Assembly: GCF_009914755.1 (NCBI RefSeq) | Contig: NC_060926.1 | Length of the DNA: 64,000 nucleotides | Direction: 5' to 3' (one strand) | Origin: the human T2T-CHM13v2.0 reference genome, Homo sapiens | Shown: in pieces, positions 52,311 through 64,000 of the stretch | Numbering within the stretch: the first letter of the stretch is position 1 | Layout: every line of letters starts with the position of its first letter | Notes under the pieces: model-generated | What the model was told of the DNA's origin: nothing | The model's database searches: none | What the model saw: the letters and a program-made list of their open reading frames with translations, nothing else | Program-made: the position numbers and the translations under genes

Positions 52311-53679
52311 GTCTGGTTGCCCTACATGTAACATTACAACAAAGCTGTGTGCTGATGATAGAAAATGCATTTAAAATTTATCTGAGATATATGTTTGGTG
52401 GAAACCATTAGCTCTAAAACTGGCAAGAGACTAGAATTGAAAGAGGTAGCACACAGAGAGGTTCTGATGAAAGTGAATGTCATTTTAACAGAGGACTTCA
52501 TGATGATTGCTGCCTAATGGTAGGTCATGGCCTCACAAAGAAAATCTCCAATGTACATTCCTGCATTTATGATAATTCTACTTTTTTCTGTTATGTTGAC
52601 AAACAAAAAAAAGTCCTATACGTATTTCTTCATATTTGAACTTCTCAATTAAAGCACCATTAAATTCTCACTTTTAACTCTTGTGGGAATTAATTATTAC
52701 TTAGATGAAGAACTTATTTTCAACTCTGTCTCTAGGCAAGTGAACAACCTCAAAGGAAGATGGTACTTAAAATACCTGATAACAATTTATAAAAAATATT
52801 TTATCTATTCAATAAAATATGACATTTCATTGAACATCTATGTAAAACAAAGACTCCTGTTACTTGTGAAATTGGACCTTATTAATATATGTATACTATC
52901 AAGTACACTTTACTGGAAAGAAACAGTATGTAAAAAGCTTGGCACATTGAAAAAACCAAAAAGAGGCCAGTGTGGCTGTAGCACAGGAAAGAGGAGCAAA
53001 AGAAAGATAAGAAGGCACCAGATTATGGATGCAAGGCTTTCTCGGCCACGATGGAGATTTTGGATACTGTTTAAAGAAACAAATATAAAACTTCTAAGGA
53101 TAGCTTGATAGTATTTTCCTTGAGTCTTGAAATAAGAACTAAAGAGCTACTCTATTCTTATCCCAGCCATTCAAAGATAGTGCCTCCTTATATAATGTGT
53201 GCCATGCAGCATGTAAGTATCATGTCTGTGAATTGAATTGTAGTGTGCTGTTGCTTGTGCCAATAGCAGGGAGACACCGCAGCAAGGCAAACAAGCAAGC
53301 CATATGTGCTGTTGGCAACATTGACACACTGTACAGTTATGGCATATGCCTTGAGTATCTCAAAATTATGTTGTTGGTAGTTTCATTGCTATATTTGATT
53401 ATGTATTTAAGTTTATTTGAAGGCTTTTAAAAGGAAATGATTTCACACTACTAATCTTATGATTATGCACTTAGCAGCTAATAACAATGTGCTATTTGCT
53501 GGAAGGAATATATGTTTGTAGACAAGTTTCCTGAATTAGCTTTTTAATTTACATAAACATAATTGCCCTCTCAATTTTAAAGCCTTTAAAATTTTGTCAT
53601 TTTGAACAAAATTTAGTATGCTGATGTAAAGTCACTTTAAACATCTATTCTAAAACCTTGACTAATGTTGGATTAAGTG

Positions 53680-53910
53680 TACATGTGTGCATACAACACA
53701 TATATACATATAAATACACATGTGAGTTATAGGTATTGTATTATATATCTCTTTATATCACATTTATGTTATAGAATATATCTGTAAATTACATACAACA
53801 AATTATATCATATATGTTATATATGTAAGTTATATATACATCTTTAAGTTATAGATATATATCTCATACACACACATACATGACTTTGTATACCCATATA
53901 TATGAATGCT
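53680..53910. repeat. TA/CA-rich low-complexity region
   Basis: Degenerate (TA)n/(CATA)n array. Confidence 0.7.
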
Positions 53911-54119
53911 TTTTGAAAGCAGCTTTTAATGCATTAGTATGTTAAACATCTTCCAAAGGTACAATTTGCTCATTATTTTATTTAAAAAATCACTCTATGC
54001 AAATTTTATACCAAAGGATAAATTCTAAACAGAAAGCACAAAGAGGGGTACTTTTTAATCCTAGCATAAAGAGATTCTAGTAGAACATTTCTTTCTTTCT
54101 CTGCCAAATAAAACAAATG

Positions 54120-54320
54120 AGAAGCTCTAAAAGAAGTCACTGACCCTTGAATCAAATTCCAATTTCTCTAATACCAAGTATGTGACCAATGGGAAATGTA
54201 CCCCTTGAGCTCCAATCTTTTCAACGCTAAAACAACAATATATTTGCAAAGCTGCAGTAAGATTAAAGGAGATAATGCCTGACACCCAGAAGAAGCACAA
54301 CAAATACTAATTTTCTTCTC
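54120..54320 (+). mobile_element. Degraded MIR
   Basis: ttgaatcaaattcc...tgtgaccaatggg...aagattaaaggagataatgcctgacac...gcacaacaaatactaatt. Confidence 0.55.
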
Positions 54321-55206
54321 ATCTAGTTTGGAAAATGTCTTCAGCAGCATTCCACAAAAAAGTATTCATAGCAATGTTTCTCAAAGATGAAGTACCCACA
54401 AACAATACCTGCAAACCGTTGCAGAGCTGTAAAGTATTTAAAGAAAGCTGAAAAAATTACATTTTCATCCATATATTTCCAGATTGACATATTGCATGTT
54501 TAAAAGAGTTCAGCACCAGCAAATTACACTTAGCTATTTAGAGAGTTATTGCTTTTAAGTCTTCTCTATACAGCAGGCCTGGTAATGGTAGCAGCAATTG
54601 AGTCTTGTGCACCCAAAATGTAAACCTAAGTTAATAAGGCAATGGCACACATCCCACTTCTCTATAAACAGTCTGGAGATTTACTCTTCAGTTTAGGTAC
54701 ATTTCTTTGAACATTTAGAGTAAATTTCAAACTGTGTTGACACTGACCACACTACAGACTTTCAATTCATAAGCATGTTGGTAAATAAGATGTGCTTCAC
54801 TTGCAAATGATCGAATGCTGGCTGAGCTAAATTTAAAAACCCAAATCAAAAACAAACCAACAAAAACTCCCACCATGCCGCTGATTGAACGTGTTAAAGT
54901 CTGCAGAAATAAATCCACAACTGAGTTTTCTTAGGAAATAGAATACTTCTTCAGCTACTGAGAGAATATGAATAAGGGTTTGAAATAAGAGGAAATGTGG
55001 TATATCAATCAGCCATAACTTCCACAATTTGGATAGTATTTTAGAATTATTTTAAAATCTTTAATCTCATTTGATTCTTGCCAACATCCTGAGATGAATT
55101 TTATTATTTTACAAATGAAAACCTGAGACTCCAAAAGGTTTAGTAACACTTTGGGGATTATGCAAGGTAAATAAACCTTAGGAGAAATTTAACAAGATAC
55201 TTGTAG

Positions 55207-55545
<339 letters not shown>

Positions 55546-56266
55546 CCCTTGTTATTTTTTGACAACTTAAAAATTTGATTAGGATTAGATAGGTACTAGA
55601 ATAAGCACCTTCTGTTTCCCAGCCTAGCATTCTTGCCACCATATAGTTCTGCCTTGTGAGCAGATAGATAGAACAGGATGAATGGCCAGAGAGGCCAATC
55701 ATTTCCCTACTCTCAGTGAGCTTAAAACAAAAAGACAGGTACCCACAGAGTGACCACTTAACCCACTCAACTCTCAAAGCAAAGGTCGTACCATCTGCTG
55801 AGCTTCTATCCCTGTCTTCCTGTGAAATTCACTGGAACAGATGACTGACGTGATGCTCTCAGTGCTCATAATTTTTGCAGGAGGAAAATTAAACAGATAA
55901 TTAAGTAAAGAGCATTCAGGATTCATAAGTATTGTTGATTACATTTTAGAGGTGAATCCACATCAATCAGAGGTAATTCTCACTGAATTTCCCTTTTTAC
56001 AATACTTCTTTTTATCTAAAGAAAAGTTATCTGGAGTGTCTTTTCCTAATGTTAGACTTTTTTGACATTAAGTTTTTAAAAACCTCATAAGTGCTAAGGA
56101 CGCTTTCTAAATTTCTTACGTATTTGTACCTAGTAAATGAAGTTCTTAACTAAAATATTTCAGACCCAATAGCCAATGCTCCACATTTCTCCATAGAAAG
56201 TATCTATATAGTTCAGAAACTAAATGTTTTCTCTTCTCTTTGTCTAAAGAGAATATCTTGATTTAG

Positions 56267-56685
<419 letters not shown>

Positions 56686-57249
56686 TCAGTTGCTTCTGGA
56701 GAGGTATTAATGTTCTTTTACATTTTTCTATACATATGCTGTATTTCAATGAAAAAAAAGCTAAAAATAAAAACTCAGTGTTCTAAATCCCAGTTGTGAC
56801 TTCTGGACCATCACTTGAAACCTTCTATAAAATACTTGTTTCATTTAACTAAGTGAAGGGACAATAATAGAACGTAATCTAAAGTTCAGTCTTCCCTAAA
56901 CTCAAAGTAAGATTTGCTTGTGGATAGTAGTTACTTCCTCTCCTTGCATGAACCAAGTTGCTTGTATTTTCTCTAATCTTTTTATGAGTTACCCGTTCAC
57001 ATATATAATAGAATCTAGAAAAAATAGAACATTTATTGTAAGGTGAACATATAAGATTGTCAGAAAGCATCAATATTTTGAGGTTACTCTTTAAATGAAA
57101 GGAATGCATCTTTTGTTGCTATCTTAATTTTTCAAATCAGCTACTCAAATTCTCTTTTCTGATTCCACAGAGAAAATCATTTTTAATAAGGTAAAAAGGT
57201 TTTTAAAATAGTGTTGTACATAATAAAAGTTATTTGACTAAAACAAACA

Positions 57250-58120
57250 AACAAAAACCTCAGTGTCTCCTTTGACTGGAAAATAAAAGAAAACTGCCTT
57301 GGCATTGCTTCAAAGGCTTTTTAAGGTTAGGCCTACCTCACCCTTTCCATCTTTATCTCTGTCTCCTTCCTACTCACACGACCCACACGCCTCAAGTATT
57401 CTGGTAACACTAAACCATTTACTGTTTCTAAAACTTCATTTTCACCCCTCCTGGACTTCATTTCTTTCACATGCTGCCCCTGCTGCCTGGAATGTTGTGG
57501 TGGCCCCTGCCTTTTCCCAGGGCTCCTTCCACCCACAACTCTTAGAACATGACTCGTTGGACCAAATAACCACATAGTGCTCCCTTTCTCTGGCCACAGT
57601 GACAATTCCAGAGATGTGCACATCATCAAAGTACAGCCTTCTGAGGTCCTGCTCCAATATTTTATCCTAGAGGGAACAGGAAAGCTATAAGATTACGATT
57701 TCATTAACAGTAAAACCAGAGAATAAAGATGAGCCAGAAAGCAGCAGAGAAAGAAACAGCGACCATTTTAGTAGCAGCAAGACTCTGATTCCAGTCACCG
57801 GAGTTCCAGGAAATACCCTATTTTCTATAGTTTTTTTTCTTCAATTCTATTAGCTCCACATCACCTGCCCTGGGAAGCCCTCTCTGACCATCTTTATTTC
57901 CAGTTCTTTACAAAGGTAGAGTCAGTCCCTGCTCTGTATCACTATGCCTCTCTCATAAATAACACAAAACTGAAGTTATTTGTTTTACTTTTCTACATTC
58001 TCAACTAGAAATATAAACTCTTGGAAGGCATGCATTAATGTCAGGCCTAATGTATCCTTTGTTCTTAGCACACAAGAGAAGGCTGAACAGCTACGGAATG
58101 AATTGTCAAAATGAACTAAC
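57250..58120 (+). mobile_element. L2 fragments, probably interrupted by an LTR16-like remnant (~57590-57850)
   Basis: cacatgctgcccctgctgcctggaatg; cacatcacctgccctgggaagccctctctgacc; ctagaaatataaactcttggaaggca. Confidence 0.6.
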
Positions 58121-58272
58121 CAGAAAGAGAATATAGAAACTGGATGACAGCAGCAGTAAGTGAAGACAGCAGGGGAATTTCAAGTACTCCAAGATGAATA
58201 TGTCAGTAATAACATGGTGCTGTTAAAAAATTTATTATAAAAACTACAATAGTTTTCATTTAACCAGCACAT

Positions 58273-58640
58273 TATCTTAGCCCACTCAGGCTGCTATAAC
58301 AAAAAATACCATAAACTGGGTGGTTTACAAACAAATAAGTTTATTATTATTTCTCAGAGCTGTGTATGCCGGGAAGTTCAAGGTCAAGGTACCTGCAGAT
58401 TTAGGGTCCAGTAAGGGCTTTCTCATAGGTGGCACCTTCTCACTGTGTCCTCACATGCTGAAAGGTGCAAGGTACCTCTCTGGGGCCTCTTTTATAAAGG
58501 CACTAATCCTATTCATGAGGACTCCATGCTCATGACCAAACCACCTCTCAAAAGGCCCCATCTCCTAATACCACTGCCTCAGTAATTAGGTTTTCAACAT
58601 ATATATTGGGGTGGGAGACCTCAACATTAAGGCCACAGCA
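58273..58640 (-). mobile_element. Solo MaLR LTR (MLT1A-like)
   Basis: tatcttagcccactcaggctgctataacaaaaaataccataaactgggtgg...ctgtgtcctcacatg...aacattaaggccacagca; degenerate TSD cacat/tacgt. Confidence 0.88.
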
Positions 58641-60559
58641 TACGTGATGAGAAAGAACATGCCAGTAATCACACTACTACTCAAGAAACATTGGCCCTTA
58701 AAATTGCACAACAGTTTGGCAGTTTGGAAACTTTATGGGGATGGTGGAAAAACAAAAGCAAATATTAAGAAAAAACATGCAAACAAAATAAGGGAGGTAT
58801 AATAATAATAAAGAGATAAAAACAAAACTTTTAGGACATTAAAGTAACTGGGGGTGTATAACTTGGTAAAATGAGGGGAGAAGGAGAGATTACAAAAAAC
58901 ATAAAACACATGAAGCTAAAATATCTACAGTAAAAAGGCAGATAACCTTAATGCAAGATTTTTATTAGAACTAAAGTAAAATCTTTAGGTCATAATGCAC
59001 GGAAAATCAATATTTCTCAAATAAGGCGGGGGAGGTGGCATCTATGAGCTTTCAATATAAATAATGTTGTATTTGTTTTCATGTTCAGGGTAATCTGAAT
59101 AATCAATAAGAGCATCATTACTCTAAGTTTTAATTAAGTTTGCCCCACACTTCAGGGACTGAATTTGCAGCTCCCATTGCCTCTAGGTAGTACCTTTTTT
59201 ACTGTAATGTATTAATGATAAAAGAAAAGTAGGAGTTCTAAGACACAGATAAATTTGAACCAAGTAAAATGGGGATGAAAAGCACATTATAAAAAACGTG
59301 TAGTATTCTGGATGGAGAAAGTGGTGGGAAAACAAATCATCTCAGGGCAGACAGAAATATAAACACAACAGAGTGAAATCCAAAGACTCTGGGTCTATGG
59401 CAGTCAGGACCACAGTTACCTTGTAAGCAGCAATTTGGTTTCAGAAAAATAACACTACTGCTTTAAAGTACAGATGTTCTTTTGTATTCTGTTGGTTTTA
59501 TTATTTTATTTGAAAGCTATAATACATTTATAATTAGCTTTTTAAGTTATACTACTACATTAAAAATAACATTTTAAAACACAAGATCTTAAAACAATAG
59601 TACAGAGAAGAAATAACTCCCCACTTTGGTTTTGCACATTTTCCTTCTGAAGTTTTTACTGTTACTCATGTTTGTGAAAAATATCTCTTAAGCATTTTTT
59701 TAAAATACCATGGGACTAGAGGCAACTACTAAATTAGATAATCCCTTGATATTTCTTTTAATTCTCTGATTCTACAAAGACAGTACTGTGCCAGAAATGC
59801 TTGGTTTGCTTTGACTGGGGAGAGGGAGGCAAGGGATTGTAACAGCATTAAATATTCTGTTTAAAGCTGTAATTCAGTAATATAAAACATGTCCTAATTA
59901 TATATTGTAATATTTTATATACCAAATAATTTTTCCATTTCTATTTCCCTGAAGTTTAGAATAAATAAAAAATAACTTTTATGTCTTATCTCATGGAAAA
60001 ACACTATAAAATCCTTATCAGAATATAAAATTCACTTTAGCAAACTTTTTTTTATAGGAAGGAAACTTAAAATGGGGAGGTGCGACAAATAAAAAATTAA
60101 GTTTTAAAAGTTCTGTACAGACAGAGCTGAAACACCATAGAGAAGAAGAAATTAACATTTACTACACTCCCACCAGGTTAGGCATGTATTTTTTTTTTTT
60201 CAAAAATTCAGCAAATATGTGTTGAGAACCTATATGTGGCTGCAATATTCCAAGAACTAGGAATGCAACTGTGAATATAATCCATATTACATGCCATCAA
60301 AGAAATGAGAGGCTAAAGGAAGAATGAGAGAAATAACAAATGTCTATTTGCTATAATAGCATAAAAGAGGAGCACCAAAAAGTGCAGTCTAAAATATCAA
60401 GCATTGAGCTTAGCCTACCTTATTCTCTACCCTCACAAACACCTTGTGATGTGGATACTGTTATTCCAGTTTTACTGATGAGAAAATTATGATGTATTTG
60501 TCTTAAATCATGACTTTGCTCCACTTACTTTCTAGCTTCCTCAAATTTTTCATACTTTG

Positions 60560-61140
60560 TGTCTCTAATTAGTGGCTTCTATATTTTTCACTTTGCTCAA
60601 TAACACGTGCTCTCTTCTCAGCCAAGTTCATTGGAAAAGAAACCTGCATTTTGTCAAGTTGCTCACCTCCAAATCAGTCCTCTGAAATGTGGCTTCTAAC
60701 CCTACCATTTCACCTGAATTGCTCCCAGTTCACTGATAACCTCCAAACCTCCAAACTCTATGGATGATATCTAATTTTAATTCTTCTTGCCCTCTCTGTG
60801 CTATTTGACCCTTTGAATCACTCCTTTTATCCCTTTGAATGTGTGACCCTTGGAATCACCATTTGCAACTCCTCTCTTGGCTTCTTGAATACCACTCTGC
60901 TTTGCTTTTTTTCCTACCTATTTTCACTTTTTTCTAAGTTTCCTCGCTCCTCTCTCTCTCTTTCTCTCTCTCTCTCCTCTCTCTCACAATATGCTAAAAA
61001 TAACATTGGCCTTTTAATTATAGTCATCCCTCTAGTTTTAACCTCTACAGTCTGTCATCCATATTGTTGTAAAAATGATTTTCTAAATCACAAATCTCAT
61101 CAGGTCACTTCTTCACTAATGCCTGGGAATAGTTTGTGAT
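60560..61140 (+). mobile_element. Degraded L2
   Basis: tggcttctaaccctaccatttcacctgaattgctc...ctatttgacc...ttctaaatcacaaatctcatcaggtcactt. Confidence 0.6.
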
Positions 61141-61187
61141 CTAACAGAAATAATTTGTAGACACTATACTTCAAGGCACCCTAGCAA

Positions 61188-61650
61188 ATTGCAGTCAAGA
61201 TTTGGGTTACAAAGGATAGAGACTGACTCTGGTTAACTAGAGCAGACAAAAAATTTATTAGAATGTTACCAGGTATCTCACCAAATGAACAGTAAGTTTG
61301 GACAACCAAGCTCCAACAAGAATCAAAGGAGGCAAGGCCAAAATTCCTACCACAGAAATACTCTCTGCTTATAATTACCCCATTGTTACAATGGTCACTG
61401 GACACCGATGACCTCATGAACAGCTGTTCACTACCTTGTCTCTAAACTCTTGAGTTCATTGCAAATATATTGAAAAATCTCTACTGAACCTTCCCACTTG
61501 TGGTCACTCCCTCAAACTGTAAGTCTCAGCAGGAGGATCTAACTGGTCAGCAAGAGAGAGAGGGAATAACTTCCCACTTCGCCATTCATACTAGATGGCC
61601 AGAACCTGCCACCTACCTTTTTTAGGATACCCCCCAAAGAAGAATTGCAT
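61188..61650 (-). mobile_element. Ancient MLT1-type LTR remnant
   Basis: cagtcaagatttgggttacaaaggatagagactgactctggttaact...aaaaatttattagaatg resembles reversed old MLT1 ends; boundaries approximate. Confidence 0.45.
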
Positions 61651-62459
61651 TTGTATGGTAGGCAATTGATAAAAGTTAATTGCACATTCCCATATGGCTC
61701 AACCAAATTAAGTACTCTAAAGCTAAAGAAAAAAGAAAAGGCATTCAGAAGTTTAAAGAAATAATAGTTAAGTATAAAATAAGACAGAATTGGCACAAAT
61801 GACCTTTTCCCCTTATATCCCACACGTAGATCTGACGCCCATGAAGATATTTTCTTAAGAGTAGATGGAACTTGTGAGAGATATCGTATTACCAACCCAA
61901 CATGACTTGCTTTTCCCTGTCAGCTCATTCTTAGTTGTTTTCTTGTCCTCATAGGTAACAAGGCTTGAGGCTCAATTAAGACTGAAAACCTCACTAAATA
62001 AGAAGGATACTTACCAAGAGAACCCTACTAACCAAGACTCAAGTCCTTATAGTACTTTTTCTATTGCTCACTCCCCCAAACTCTGAGCCATAAAATTAAA
62101 ATCAACATTCCATGGGATATTCTTCCTCAAGTCCATTAAATCAGAAATGAAGTATTAAGTAGAGGATGTTTGTATTTCTTTGGGTCATCAGATTCACCAA
62201 TGTAAGAAATATAAATATTTATCTTGCTAGCTCCTGATAGCCAATAAAAATTAACTCTAACGTATGGTATATTTAAATAGAAACAATTATCTGAACCTTA
62301 AATATCAGTGGAGCTAGGACTTCTCTTTTTGGGAATTGAGGGAAAAAATATATACATATATATATATATTATTCTATAGAAGAACAGTTCAGCAGAGTTC
62401 TCACATGCTGTATTTAATTCACATTCTCAAGTGTAAATATGAACTTTAAGAAACTGTCT

Positions 62460-62970
62460 AATAATATACAACTTCCTCTGTGACTTAAAACCAAGTCTCC
62501 CCATTGCTTAAAGGGCCATGCTCCTTTTTATGGTCACAGAAACCTCCTGGTCTAAAATCTCGAGTTGTCTTTTACTACTTCCTTCATTTTTCTTTCAGTG
62601 TGTTTCTAACAATATTATGTTCTAAGAATATTGAACTACTTGCAGTTTCCCAAACCCATTATACTGTTTCTAGCCCCATCTCTTACCACTACCTAGAATG
62701 ATCTGGGCTAATTAGACCTTCTGTCTAATTCATAAATATCTTGCAAGAGCACCTTTGTAAAGGTTTCTCTTTCTTGTCTCCTGGGTGTGGGATGACTAAT
62801 CATTTTCTTTGTTCTATCTCTATTTCACACGCATATTTCTATTAATCTATATACTATAGTTTGTCATAACTGAAGTCTACATCTTATCCATTGTTTCATC
62901 TCCAGCTTCTAGCACAATGCCTTGCACATAGCGAACTGTCAAATACACAACAAACAGATCAAATAACTGT
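62460..62970 (+). mobile_element. Degraded L2 3' portion
   Basis: tgaactacttgcagtttcccaaac...cctagaatg...catctccagcttctagcacaatgccttgcacatag. Confidence 0.65.
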
Positions 62971-64000
62971 TTGACAGCATTGCCACTGTTTCTCTTTCCC
63001 TCTGCTTTTCATTCCTTTTATTAATTTCACTTTGATATTTTCATGCCCTCACTGTCTAGTTCTTTTCCCCTTGTATTCTACCCAGAAAATTACATCTGAA
63101 GTTTTACATCTCTGTATCTGATTAGTATATTATTTTTTACTCTAGAGTTAAAAAACCAGAGTCCTCACTATTTAATGACAGTTTGAGAAAGTGTTTTGAA
63201 TCAAATTCAAAATGAATTTTTGAATAAATTATATTCTCTATACAATCTGAATAGTGTGTGAAAGACATTTTCTATAAGTAAATTTGATCTGCACATTTGA
63301 TAGTGTTGTCAAACATAAAAAGTATCCTAACGGTCTTGGAAATATGGTGAAGTTCAATAATATTCAAGATTTTCATGTAAAATCTTTTCTTGTATAATTA
63401 ACTACGGGCTTTAATAGCCCTTGCATAGTTTATGTTAAGAGCAATCAAACAGTAACTTTAGCAGTGTTTAGTAAATGGCTTTAAGGCCTCCACAAACTAA
63501 ATAAGCCTCTACTACAGTTTTTAAAACATTTGGAAATTACTGATACTCTTGAAAGTGAATAGTATTTTTGTTTTGAAATCAATCCAATTTCTTATTCTTT
63601 TGAGTCAGTCTAAACTGATTTTTTTCAGTCTTCTCCTTTTCACAGATGCTGTTATTACTATCTTTCTCTTTTTTTAAAAGTAAGATAATCAACTATTAAA
63701 GAGTAGTGTTTCAAGGTATTCTAGCATCTGAGGCTGTCTCTGTAACTAAATCAAATGGACTGAATGATCATAAGTATAAGAAAGGACCCAAACGTCTGCA
63801 TTGTTTTAGCCCTAGAACTTGTGAGGTTCGCAAATCAGTTTACTGCCAAGTATTTCTAGAAACTGATGTATTTGCATACAGAACCTATTATGTATAAACT
63901 TTTTAAAAAAGCAATAATAAGAATTCATTTTGTTTCCTAGACTCACTTTATTTCATTAATATTTAACATTACAGAATCAAAGTTAGGGTCAACACACGAC

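Noticed and set aside
54874-54900. Candidate 27-nt - strand micro-exon (ttctgcag|ACTTTAACACGTTCAATCAGCGGCATG|gtggga)
   Set aside because: Weak donor, may lie in a DNA-transposon relic, and cannot be supported without RNA data.

Overview
AT-rich, repeat-dense primate (human or close relative) genomic DNA, intronic or intergenic. I found no host protein-coding exon I can recognise; nearly all ORFs in the track are chance or repeat-derived. The dominant features are: (1) a full-length, defective HERV-L provirus (12748-19293, + strand) with MLT2A-type LTRs, an exact CCAGG target-site duplication (TSD), a Leu-type primer-binding site, and gag, pro-pol and dUTPase remnants but no env; (2) two full-length THE1 (MaLR) elements on the + strand, one nested in an L1MA and one in a MER8; (3) seven Alus, solo MLT1 LTRs, and many L2, MIR and DNA-transposon relics and microsatellites. 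The observations not explained by this annotation are three fold-back inverted repeats: a 30-bp stem/10-nt loop at 38488-38557 whose only mismatches are G-U pairs on the + strand, a ~40-bp-arm hairpin at 5570-5689, and a template-switch inversion ending an Alu at 23581-23670. Also notable are an old, internally deleted Alu with a pure 33-nt tail, and six co-oriented LTRs carrying DUX-type motifs and splice donors, with candidate downstream exons. I see no convincing evidence of a new multi-gene system. Subfamily names come from recalled consensus sequences, not from a database search.
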